Assembly: GCA_021793315.1 (NCBI GenBank)
Contig: JAJYSZ010000006.1
Span: 459-64,458, forward strand
Length of the DNA stretch: 64,000 nucleotides
DNA from: Bacillota bacterium
GTDB taxonomy: Bacteria; Bacillota; Sulfobacillia; JAJZYS01; JAJYTV01
Direction of reading: 5' to 3'
Shown piece by piece: positions 38,088-46,497 of this stretch (its first letter is position 1; each line of letters opens with the position of its first letter). The position numbers were made by a program, and so were the translations under genes. Below the pieces are notes generated by a model. That model ran no database searches. It was not told where the DNA came from and saw only the letters and a program-made list of their open reading frames with translations.

Positions 38088-38764
38088 GCCCCGCGCTGCA
38101 GCGTGCCTACGGCTGGGTGGGCGCTCTGCTCTGGGCGCACGGCTTCCCGCCATCCGGCCCGGTGGTGTCGGAGCTGGCGCACATCTCGCTGCTGGCGGGC
38201 GGCGCGCTCGCCGTGCCGCTCTTCATGCTGGAGGCAGGCGCAGGTCGCTCCCTGCATGCCTTTGCCCGCCTGGTGCTCGCAGTGGGGGGCGTCCTCGTGA
38301 GCCACACGATCTTCTCGTGGCTTTGGCAACTCAATGACGCCCTCGTCGCCACCATCGGCAAGGTGGCGGGATCGGTTGCCGTGCCTTCACCGGGCTTCGG
38401 CTCCACCCTGATCGACCTGCTCGTCTTCGGCCTCCCCTACCTGCTCATGCTCGTCTTCCTGGCCGGGCTCCTCCTGGCGCGTCTGGCGGCGCTCGCGCTG
38501 CTGTCCGCCATCGCTCCGCTCGCCTTTCTGCTCGGCATCCACGAACGCCTCGGACGTCTCACCATGCTCTGGCTCTGGCAGACGGCCGCCTGGTCGATCC
38601 TGCCCGCCGCCGAAGCTTTCATCCTGGTCGGTGTAAGGGGTCTGGCGGGAGAGCTCGCGATCGCGGTGCCGGCGTCGGATATGCTGCTGAGTCTCGTGCT
38701 GCTCTTCTTCATGCTGCGACTGCCTTTCACCCTGCTTGGCGCCTGGCGGCGCCTTCTGCCGTGA
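38060..38764 (+). CDS. Polytopic membrane protein, VirB6/TrbL-like
   Basis: About 5 TM segments with RLAALALLSAIAPLAFLL..HERLGRL..LWL pattern; start uncertain. Confidence 0.6.
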   Translation: MGWTFRAALSPALQRAYGWVGALLWAHGFPPSGPVVSELAHISLLAGGALAVPLFMLEAGAGRSLHAFARLVLAVGGVLVSHTIFSWLWQLNDALVATIGKVAGSVAVPSPGFGSTLIDLLVFGLPYLLMLVFLAGLLLARLAALALLSAIAPLAFLLGIHERLGRLTMLWLWQTAAWSILPAAEAFILVGVRGLAGELAIAVPASDMLLSLVLLFFMLRLPFTLLGAWRRLLP

Positions 38765-39126
38765 AGTGCCACGTGCCCGTCGACCTGCTGCAGGTGCAGC
38801 CGCGCATCTGGGGCGACCTCGAGACCGGTCAGGCGGTCTGCCTGTTCGCGGCAGGAGTCTTGGCTCTTGCGGCGCTTGCCGGCCAACTGCCGCCTGCGGG
38901 GGCGGTCCTGATGGCGGCTCCCTTTGGCGGATATGCCTTGCTGGAGGTGGATGGCCAGCCGCTGCGCCGCATCGCACCCCGCCTCTGGCGGCACGTCGCG
39001 TGGCGCCGTCCGCCGACGGTGGACCTGGACCTAACGCTCTGGCAGGACGCGGTGCGGGACGTGCCCTTGCATCAGATGCAGGCGGTCCTGCATTGTCTAG
39101 TGGGTAGGATGCGCCGCGGCAGGTGA
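38761..39126 (+). CDS. PrgI-family (VirB3-like) protein
   Basis: VPVDLLQVQPRIWGDLETGQAV, two TMs, VDGQPLRR..W; GTGA overlap with the upstream stop. Confidence 0.65.
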   Translation: MKCHVPVDLLQVQPRIWGDLETGQAVCLFAAGVLALAALAGQLPPAGAVLMAAPFGGYALLEVDGQPLRRIAPRLWRHVAWRRPPTVDLDLTLWQDAVRDVPLHQMQAVLHCLVGRMRRGR

Positions 39127-39198
39127 GACGGCGCCAGCAGGCGAACGTACCGCCAACGCCGCAACTTCGGCGGCATAATTGCCATGGAGCGGGTGACG

Positions 39199-39999
39199 AT
39201 GACCATTCGCGTTTGCGTGGCAGGAGCCACCGGCTGGACTGGCGGCGCCGTCGCGCGGCAGATCATCTCGTCGGAGGGCTTTCGCCTGACGGGTGCCGTG
39301 GCACGCCGGCAGGCTGGCGTCGATATCGGTACGGCGCTCGGTTTGCCTGCGGCCGGCCTCACGATAGCGTCCGATCTCGAGTCCGCGCTCTTGGAACCGA
39401 CGGACGTACTGATCGACTACACCGCGCCGGATACGGTCAAGCGGCATGCCACCACCGCGCTCGAGCACGGCGTGCGGGTCGTGATCGGCACATCCGGGCT
39501 GACGGCGCAGGACTATGAGGAGATCGCGGCCCTGGCGACGGCCAAGGGGCTCGGCGTCATCGCGGCGGGCAACTTCTCCATCACGGCTGCCTTGGCCAAG
39601 CATTTCGCCCTGCTCACGGCAAAGTACATCCCCTCGTGGGAGATCGTCGACTACGCGGGCGCAAACAAGGTGGATGCTCCGAGTGGCACGGTGCAGGAAC
39701 TGGCCGAGGAGCTCGGGCAGGTCGCAAGGCCTCGCCAGGATCTGCCGCCTGAAGCCTTGCATGGACGCCCGGAAGCACGCGGCGCCGAGATCGAGGGCAC
39801 GCACGTGCACTCCCTGCGCCTGCCGAGCTACGTGATCGCCTTTGAGACCATCTTCGGCCTTCCCAACGAGAGGCTGACCATACGCCACGATGCCGGGTCC
39901 GGGGCTGACCCCTATGTCGCCGGCACCCTGCTGGCAGCGAAAGAGGTCCTGCGAGTGCAGGGGCTGGTGCGCGGCCTCGACCGCCTGCTCTTCGCCTGA
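39199..39999 (+). CDS. DapB-like reductase with non-canonical active site
   Basis: VAGATGWTG, DVLIDYT, VIGTSG, AGNFSI, KVDAPSGT, HSLRLP, TIRHDA; HH of ExHHxxKxDAPSGT replaced (DYAGANKVDAPSGT). Confidence 0.85.
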   Translation: MTIRVCVAGATGWTGGAVARQIISSEGFRLTGAVARRQAGVDIGTALGLPAAGLTIASDLESALLEPTDVLIDYTAPDTVKRHATTALEHGVRVVIGTSGLTAQDYEEIAALATAKGLGVIAAGNFSITAALAKHFALLTAKYIPSWEIVDYAGANKVDAPSGTVQELAEELGQVARPRQDLPPEALHGRPEARGAEIEGTHVHSLRLPSYVIAFETIFGLPNERLTIRHDAGSGADPYVAGTLLAAKEVLRVQGLVRGLDRLLFA

Positions 40000-40027
40000 C
40001 CGCCCCCTCGTCCAATCCACGGTGCCT

Positions 40028-40061
40028 GGCGGCGCCCCATCGCGGGGCGCCGCCTTTCTTT
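40028..40061 (+). terminator. Intrinsic terminator after the dapB-like gene
   Basis: GGCGGCGCCCC-atcgc-GGGGCGCCGCC-TTTCTTT. Confidence 0.85.
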
Positions 40062-40121
40062 GCCCTCTTCCGGCCGGCACGGGGAGGCTTGGCGCCCCCG
40101 CACGGGTGACATCGCAACCGT

Positions 40122-40135
40122 AGGTTACATAACCT
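40122..40135. promoter_or_regulatory. Palindrome, possible operator
   Basis: AGGTTA-CA-TAACCT, 25 nt upstream of the 40161 ORF. Confidence 0.4.
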
Positions 40136-40160
40136 GCTGCAAGACCCTCGAAAGGAGCGC

Positions 40161-40505
40161 TTGCACGTGATTGTGACACGCGCGGGCAACCTGTGGATCT
40201 ACCCAAGCCTCGTCTGCGCTCCGACCGCGGCGTCGGTGGACGCAAGCGCCACCGCGGAGCCGCCCAGTCTCATCCTCGGCAGCGGGACCACGACCGTCGG
40301 CGCCGACGCCTATCAGCTGTCGTTCCACCAGGGAGAGCTAAAGGTCGAGACCCTGCGGTACTCAGACCCGTTCCCAACGTCCGCTCGGCCGAGGAGCCTG
40401 CCGCAGGCGCCACATTACGTCCTCTCTGGCGCTCCCGATTCGCCTCCCGACATGGTGTCCCAGGATGCGGGCCCGATGCGCTGGTGGGTGCCTCACCGAG
40501 ACTGA
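40161..40505 (+). CDS. Hypothetical protein (114 aa)
   Basis: SD AAAGGAG before TTG; no recognisable family. Confidence 0.45.
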   Translation: MHVIVTRAGNLWIYPSLVCAPTAASVDASATAEPPSLILGSGTTTVGADAYQLSFHQGELKVETLRYSDPFPTSARPRSLPQAPHYVLSGAPDSPPDMVSQDAGPMRWWVPHRD

Positions 40506-40773
40506 GCCGCAGGCAAACGAGAGATGGGGAGGCCTGCTAGGCGCAGGCGGCACCCATTGCCCACGTGCATCCGATGCGGCGCACCGCTTCGCCTGCCACC
40601 TGCTCCCAGCTCGGGGCAGACAATCTGTCCAGGGCTCCTCGCGCAGACTGGTTCACCCGGAACCCGAACAGTATTTTGAAGGAATCAATGTCAGCATCTG
40701 GAACTATGGCCTATCCTCCCTGGAAGGTCGTGGTTCCCTTGGCGTTGCGACGCTCCGGTCCCCGCGCTCGGCC

Positions 40774-42477
40774 ATGCGCCTGACGCATCACCCCGATGCC
40801 CCGCAGCCAAAGGGCATCGTCTACGAGCTCGGCCGCAGGGAGTATGCCTGGCTGCCGCCCGAGGAACGCGACGCCTATCAGGCAGCGCTGCGCAACTTCC
40901 TCCTTGCCGCGCAAGGGCCTCTGTTCTTCACGCTGTCTCTGCAGTCCGGCGAGAGACACCTTTACCTCTGGCTTGCGGACGGCGCGGGCAACCTGCAGGC
41001 GCTGCGAGACCTCGGCATCCGGGCGGACGCCCTGGGCCAGGAGGCACCGCCAGAGCTCCGCTGGGCCATCGCCAATCCCGCCCTACCCCCTTGGTACAGG
41101 AGCGTCGGGCGCACGGCCGCCGGACCGCGTGCTGCCAGTCCTACCTCAGGGCGCACCAGGCCTCGCCCCCACGTTCGCCTGCTCGAGGCGGGCACCGGCT
41201 ACCGCCAGCTCATGGGCGTGGAGGCCTACCCCGAGCAGTTGGACGAGCTCAGCCTCGAGCGCCTGTGGGCGCTCTCGCAGACTGCGATCGTCTCGCTGCG
41301 CCTCGCGCCGCTTTCCGCCGCCCAGGCCCGCATTCGCTTGGAACACCGCCTGCAGCACCTGCACGCGAGCTCCTTCCTGCGCCGCCAGCGCGGCCGCCTC
41401 CCGGATGCCGAGGCCGAGAAGGCCCAGGAGGACGCCCTGCGGTTGCGCGAGGTGATTGTGGAGGGCCGTGAGCGGCTCTTCGCGGCAGCCCTGCTGGTCG
41501 CGGCGGAAGGACCGGACCGCCACAGCTGCGAGGCACAGGCGGCGCTTCAGCGCACGACATTCGCCGAGATGGGCTTCCTGCTGCAGGTGCAGCTGGGGCT
41601 GCAGGCGGCCCAGCAGGAGTGGCTCCTGCCCCAGCCGAGCCCCCGCGAGCCGCCGGCACGCCTGCTCACGGCCTCTGCGCTCTCCTGCCTCGATCTGACG
41701 CCTGCCGCGGCCCCCGCCGCCGAGGGCGACCAGTTGGGCGAGCACCTGCGTGACCGCACCCCTGTGCGGCGCGACCGCCTGCGCGCGGCCAACCCGATGG
41801 CGGTCGTGCTGGGCAGCCCGGGCCACGGAAAGTCGGCCTTCGTCAAGGCGGAGCTCCTGCGCCAGCGGCCGGACTGCCTGCTGGTGGTGGATCCCGAAGG
41901 GGAATACGGACCCGTCGTGGACCATCTCGGCGGCGCCGCCTGCACGTCCCTGCCCTCGGCGCCGCAGGACCCGCTCCGACTGGCTCTCTCACTGCGCACA
42001 CTGCCCCAGCCGGCTTGGCCCGGGCTGCTGCGCGAGGCGGCCCGGTACGCCATCTCGTCGGCGGAGGCCATCGCCCTTCAGCGCCCGTTCTGGCTGACTC
42101 TTGACGAGGGCCATCTCTGGCTGGGTCCCGGCGGAGCCGAAGATGCCCTTGTCGATCTCGCCAAGCGGGCGCGCAAGCGCGGCCTGATCGTCACGATCGT
42201 CACTCAGAACGTGGGCGACTTCGTGCACTCCCAGGGCGGCCAGCTCGTCCTGGCCAACGCCGGCCGCCTGACGCTCTTTCATCAGCAGCCAAGCGACCTG
42301 CCTCGCCTCAAGGAAGTGCTGCACCTCTCCGACCGCGCCCTCGACTTCCTGCGCGCCTGCCGGCCAGGCGAGGCCCTGCTTCTCGATGAGTACGGCACCG
42401 TCCCGTTCCACGTGAGCCTCGCGGAGGAGGAGCTGCAACTTGTCGATACGCGTCCCGCGTTTGCGCGCGCTCGCTGA
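40774..42477 (+). CDS. VirB4/TraE-like ATPase
   Basis: Walker A GSPGHGKS, LVVDPEGEY, Walker B LTLDEGH, RARKRG..VTQ, FHQQ; N-terminal YAWLPPEERDAYQAALRNFL; ATG 40774 lacks an SD and the frame is open back to 40465. Confidence 0.85.
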   Translation: MRLTHHPDAPQPKGIVYELGRREYAWLPPEERDAYQAALRNFLLAAQGPLFFTLSLQSGERHLYLWLADGAGNLQALRDLGIRADALGQEAPPELRWAIANPALPPWYRSVGRTAAGPRAASPTSGRTRPRPHVRLLEAGTGYRQLMGVEAYPEQLDELSLERLWALSQTAIVSLRLAPLSAAQARIRLEHRLQHLHASSFLRRQRGRLPDAEAEKAQEDALRLREVIVEGRERLFAAALLVAAEGPDRHSCEAQAALQRTTFAEMGFLLQVQLGLQAAQQEWLLPQPSPREPPARLLTASALSCLDLTPAAAPAAEGDQLGEHLRDRTPVRRDRLRAANPMAVVLGSPGHGKSAFVKAELLRQRPDCLLVVDPEGEYGPVVDHLGGAACTSLPSAPQDPLRLALSLRTLPQPAWPGLLREAARYAISSAEAIALQRPFWLTLDEGHLWLGPGGAEDALVDLAKRARKRGLIVTIVTQNVGDFVHSQGGQLVLANAGRLTLFHQQPSDLPRLKEVLHLSDRALDFLRACRPGEALLLDEYGTVPFHVSLAEEELQLVDTRPAFARAR

Positions 42478-43006
42478 GCGCCTGCGCGACCCGCTCTGGC
42501 TGCCGGTGCTGAGTGCGCTCTTCGCCCTGCTGGCCTACGAGGCGGCCAGCCTCGGCTCGGGCCAGACCATCCTGGTCGCCGCGCGGAACCTCCCTGCCGG
42601 CGCCCAGTTGACGGCCGCCGAGGTGCGCCGGGCGCACTGGACGGGCAGCCTGCCCGGGCCCGTGCTGACGCGGCCGCAGGGACGCCTCGTTGCCCCGGTG
42701 GCCGCGGGCCTGCCTCTGCTGCGCAGCGCCGTCCGCCTGAGCTTCCCGCGGTCTCAGACCGAGCAGGTGGTGGGCATTCCGTCGGTCTCGCTCCTCAGCG
42801 CCCCGCCCCTCTCGGTGGGCGAGGCTGTCTCTGTCTACATCGCACAGGCAGGAGAGCCGCCGCAGCGCGTCGTGTCCTCCGCGCGCGTCGCCCAGAGCGG
42901 TACGGGCGGCGCGGTCGCGATCCAGGTGTCGGCCGCGAGTCTACCGGCGCTCCTGGCGGGCGTCGCCGCCGGCCACCTGATCATTACCGCAATGCCGCAA
43001 GAGTAG
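42440..43006 (+). CDS. SAF-domain protein, CpaB/RcpC-like
   Basis: N-terminal TM then ILVAARNLPAGAQLTAAEV (SAF); SVGEAVSVY. Confidence 0.75.
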   Translation: MSIRVPRLRALAERLRDPLWLPVLSALFALLAYEAASLGSGQTILVAARNLPAGAQLTAAEVRRAHWTGSLPGPVLTRPQGRLVAPVAAGLPLLRSAVRLSFPRSQTEQVVGIPSVSLLSAPPLSVGEAVSVYIAQAGEPPQRVVSSARVAQSGTGGAVAIQVSAASLPALLAGVAAGHLIITAMPQE

Positions 43007-43017
43007 GAGGGATCGCC

Positions 43018-43893
43018 ATGCGCTCGCTCTACGCCCTGCATCCAGAGACGGTGCTGCAGCTGCATGAGCGCGGTGCGGCCGTCTATGGGCAGCCGCTGAC
43101 CCTTTCGCTCGCCGAAACGGAGGACCGCATGCTGCACGAGGAGTACGCGCGCGTCGTCATCGACCCGGGACTTGTCCGCTCGAGCGAGGAGCAGCGAGCC
43201 CTGCGCCGCATCGAGGTGATCCATCCGGACGCGGAGATCGCCTGGCTGCGCGGGCGCTTCTCGGCCCGCGGCGACCTGGCCATCGCCGATCTCGCGGCGG
43301 AACTCCGCGGCGAGAGCCCCAGCGAGGAGCCGGCGCTCGCGGTGGTGGTGGCACCCGGCGACGCCGTCCAGGGCGCAGCTGTAGCCCTCGGCGTCGCCCA
43401 CTATCTGGCGCGCAGCCGCGACACCCTGCTCGTCGAGACGGACACGGCCGAACCCGTATACGCGCGGCGGCTGCAGTTAAGGCCGTGCCTCGCCGAGTAC
43501 ATGGCCGCCGGGCAGGCCCTGGCGCCTGAGGGCTATCCGCGACGGCTTCGGCTCGTGCCGGCACCGGTCCAGCCGGAACTGCTGCTGCAGGCCGGCATGC
43601 AGCCGCTCCTCGACCGGCTTGAGCATAACCTCAGCCAGGGCAACGTCATCGTGCGGGCCAGCGCGAATCTCGCAGACCGCGGCCTGATCGCCTCGCTGGC
43701 GCACGCGAGCGACATTCTGCTCGTCGCGGGTGGCGGCGAGCCCGACTACAGGCGCTGGCTGCAGGGGCTCGCACCGCATGCCCGCCTGACCCCGGTGGCT
43801 GCGGGTCGCCTCACCTTCCGCAGGCCGACCCTCGCGCGTCACGGGGAGCAGATCTGGCGACAGCGCGAGGAGACTCCGGACCATGGTCGCTGA
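43018..43893 (+). CDS. CpaE/MinD-like protein with degenerate P-loop
   Basis: Receiver-like N-terminus; VALGVAHYLAR..TLLVETD; deviant Walker A absent; position between cpaB and tadA. Confidence 0.55.
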   Translation: MRSLYALHPETVLQLHERGAAVYGQPLTLSLAETEDRMLHEEYARVVIDPGLVRSSEEQRALRRIEVIHPDAEIAWLRGRFSARGDLAIADLAAELRGESPSEEPALAVVVAPGDAVQGAAVALGVAHYLARSRDTLLVETDTAEPVYARRLQLRPCLAEYMAAGQALAPEGYPRRLRLVPAPVQPELLLQAGMQPLLDRLEHNLSQGNVIVRASANLADRGLIASLAHASDILLVAGGGEPDYRRWLQGLAPHARLTPVAAGRLTFRRPTLARHGEQIWRQREETPDHGR

Positions 43894-44818
43894 GACGCAC
43901 CTCGGGTACTGGCTGGGCCCGCTCGAGGCCGCGTTCCGGGACGAGCAGGTGAGCGAGATCATGGTTCTCGACTTCGACCGCGTGTTCGTCGAGCGGCGTG
44001 GCGCGATCGTGCCCGAGCCGATCGCGTTCCCAGACCGGCGTGCCTTGCAGGAGTTGATCGAACGGCTGCTGCTGCCGCTCGGACGCGAGCTGACGCAGGC
44101 CTCGCCCTACACCGACGGACGGCTCGGCGACGGCGTGCGCTTCACCGCCACGATGCCGCCCTTGACGCCCGCACCCACCCTGACGATCCGCAAGGTGGCC
44201 AAGGTCGACCTCGAGCGGGCATGGCTCGAGGCGCTGGAGGGCGATGAGCGGCCCATACGCATCCTGCGCTCCTGGGTGCGCAGCCGCCGAAACGTGGTGA
44301 TCGCGGGCGCGGCGGGCACCGGCAAGACGTCGCTCGTCCGCCTCCTCGCCGAGGTCATCGACCCGTCCGAACGCCTGCTGACCATCGAGGAGACGCGCGA
44401 GCTCGAGCTGGGCAGGGTCCACCCGCACGTGGTCGCCCTCGAGACGCGCTCCCCGAACCGCGCCGGACTCTATGCGATCGACCTCGAGGATCTCCTTCGA
44501 CTTGCGCTGCACATGCGTCCGGACCGCATCATCGTCGGTGAGATCCGCGGGCGCGAGACCGTGGCCTGGCTTTCTGCCCTCGACACGGGACACCGCGGCA
44601 GCCTGACGACCTTGCATGCCACCTCCGCCTGGGATGTCATCGACCGCCTGCTCTACGCGGCCGCCCCGGCGCGCAGCATGCCGCCGCGCCTGCTGCGGCA
44701 GCGCCTACGCCATCTCCTGGGCGGCGTCGTGCACCTGGAGCGCCTGCCGGGCGGCAGCCGCCAGCCCACCCTGCTGCTGCAGTACGAAGGCGGCCGCGCC
44801 GAGCAGGTGTGGCCATGA
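43883..44818 (+). CDS. tadA: CpaF/TadA (VirB11-family) secretion ATPase
   Basis: DEQVSEIMV, TIRK, GAAGTGKT, TIEETREL, MRPDRIIVGEIRG, TGHRGSLTTLHA. Confidence 0.9.
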   Translation: MVAETHLGYWLGPLEAAFRDEQVSEIMVLDFDRVFVERRGAIVPEPIAFPDRRALQELIERLLLPLGRELTQASPYTDGRLGDGVRFTATMPPLTPAPTLTIRKVAKVDLERAWLEALEGDERPIRILRSWVRSRRNVVIAGAAGTGKTSLVRLLAEVIDPSERLLTIEETRELELGRVHPHVVALETRSPNRAGLYAIDLEDLLRLALHMRPDRIIVGEIRGRETVAWLSALDTGHRGSLTTLHATSAWDVIDRLLYAAAPARSMPPRLLRQRLRHLLGGVVHLERLPGGSRQPTLLLQYEGGRAEQVWP

Positions 44819-45522
44819 CCGGCGCCCTCCTCCTGGCGTCCCTCGCGCTCCTCGGCACCAGTCTCGCGACGGCGGGGGCCAGAGCCGCCTTGCGCTGGCT
44901 CCCGCCCCTTGCGGCGCTCGCGGCCACCCTGACCTCAGGAGCCGCGGTGGGGCTGGCGGCCGCGGGATCCGTCGCCCTCTGGCAGGCCGCCCTCGCCCGC
45001 TACCTCCGACACATGCGCCGCCGGCGGCTGCAGGCTGCAGCAGAGGAGCCCATCCAGGCCATGTTCGAACAAGCCTCCCTCTACGGCAGCGCGGAACTCT
45101 GCGCCCTGGCCGCGTTGCCCGCCTGCAACGAAGCTTTGCGCCCGCTCTGGCAGGCTGCCCTCGCCGACTGGCTGCGCGGCGGCACGAGCGAGGCGGCGTT
45201 CGCCGCGGCCGGCCGCAGGGCTGGCATTCCGCTCCTGATCCGGCTGGCGCGGGCGCTGGCGCTCAGCCGGCACACCGGCTCGCCGCTCGACCGCCACCTC
45301 GCCGTCCTGCTCGAGGACGCCGCAGACGACCGCCGCGAGATGGCGAGTGTGGAAGGCGAGACCTTGCCGTACTTCGTGATCACCGCGCTGATGGCCACGG
45401 GCCTCCTCCTGGCCGGCCTCTTCCTCGCCGCCGAAGGGAGGGCTCCGCTGCCCTGGCTGGTGGCCCTTGCGCTCGCGACCGGCGGTGCCGTGCCCTGGCT
45501 CGCGTCGGCGCTCCTGCCATGA
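44815..45522 (+). CDS. TadB-like inner-membrane platform protein
   Basis: N-terminal TMs, T2SSF-like ..RLARALALSRHTGSPL..L..L; ATGA overlap with tadA. Confidence 0.65.
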   Translation: MTGALLLASLALLGTSLATAGARAALRWLPPLAALAATLTSGAAVGLAAAGSVALWQAALARYLRHMRRRRLQAAAEEPIQAMFEQASLYGSAELCALAALPACNEALRPLWQAALADWLRGGTSEAAFAAAGRRAGIPLLIRLARALALSRHTGSPLDRHLAVLLEDAADDRREMASVEGETLPYFVITALMATGLLLAGLFLAAEGRAPLPWLVALALATGGAVPWLASALLP

Positions 45523-46154
45523 TGCGCGCTCTCCTGTGGCTGCTCGCGGCCGCAGCAGTCTGGCGCGCCGGTCGCCAGCGCCTCCCGCTGCTGCCGATCT
45601 GGCTCATCCTGGCGCTCCTGGCGCCGTGGACGCTCATCGTGCTGGCACTGGCGGGTCCGGCCATCCGGCTCGGCCGGGGCCTGCGGGACTCCATCGCCCG
45701 CAGCGCGGCTCGCATTGAGGTGCGCCAGGCGGTGCCTGGGCTCCTCACAGACCTCGCGATGGCCGCCGCCGCGGGTCAGCCCCTGCACGCCGCCCTGCGC
45801 TACGCCGGGCTCTGGGCGGACGACCCTCTCGGCCCGGCCTTTGCCGCATTCCAGGACCAGGTGCAGAAGGGGCGCAGCGTGGCCGCGGCCCTCGAGTCCC
45901 TGCGCCTGGCTCTGCGGACGCCGGAGATGGACCGGCTCGTGGCGCTCCTTTCCCGCGACGCGCAGCTCGGGCTGCCGCTCAGCGACTCGATTGCGCGCTA
46001 CCGACGCAGCGCGCTGGGCGACGTGCGCAAAGAACTCCGCCGCAGCGCCGCCTACCTGCCCTACGTCTTCACGACGCTTGCGGGCATCGTGCTGCTCGAA
46101 GGCGTGGGGCTGATGGCCGTCCCCTGGCTTCTCTCGCTTTGGCAGTCCATCTGA
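45519..46154 (+). CDS. TadC-like inner-membrane platform protein
   Basis: PGLLTDLAMAAAAG.PL..AL, G.S...AL, Q.GLPLSDSI, C-terminal TM; ATGA overlap with tadB. Confidence 0.7.
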   Translation: MMRALLWLLAAAAVWRAGRQRLPLLPIWLILALLAPWTLIVLALAGPAIRLGRGLRDSIARSAARIEVRQAVPGLLTDLAMAAAAGQPLHAALRYAGLWADDPLGPAFAAFQDQVQKGRSVAAALESLRLALRTPEMDRLVALLSRDAQLGLPLSDSIARYRRSALGDVRKELRRSAAYLPYVFTTLAGIVLLEGVGLMAVPWLLSLWQSI

Positions 46155-46445
46155 CACAGGTCCAGCGGACCTCCGGACGCAGCAACTGGACGATGCGCCA
46201 GGGCGTCCCAGGCACTATGCTGGACTCTGCTGCGGGCGAACCTTCCCGTCGAGCCCTCCCGCCTCATGCATGCGGTCCCGCTCCACGCGACCCAGGTGGC
46301 GGCGGCGGCGAGAAGCGGACGGGATGCAATCGACGTCCTGTCCGGCGCGACGGCCACCATGGTCAGCCCCCAGCATGACGATCCAACCGATCCGGCTTGC
46401 GCGCGGCGCCGTGAGGCGACCGCGCGCAAGCGTGTCCTCTCGTCT

Positions 46446-46457
46446 TTGGAAGGTGTG
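46446..46457 (+). repeat. 12-bp direct repeat, right copy (TTGGAAGGTGTG)
   Basis: Identical to 37417-37428. Confidence 0.7.
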
Positions 46458-46497
46458 GCCCCCAGGTGTGGACAACTAAACGTCGGGGGGAGTTCTG

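Noticed and set aside
40465-40773. 103-aa N-terminal extension of VirB4
   Set aside because: Overlaps the 40161 ORF and lacks family features; kept only as an alternative start
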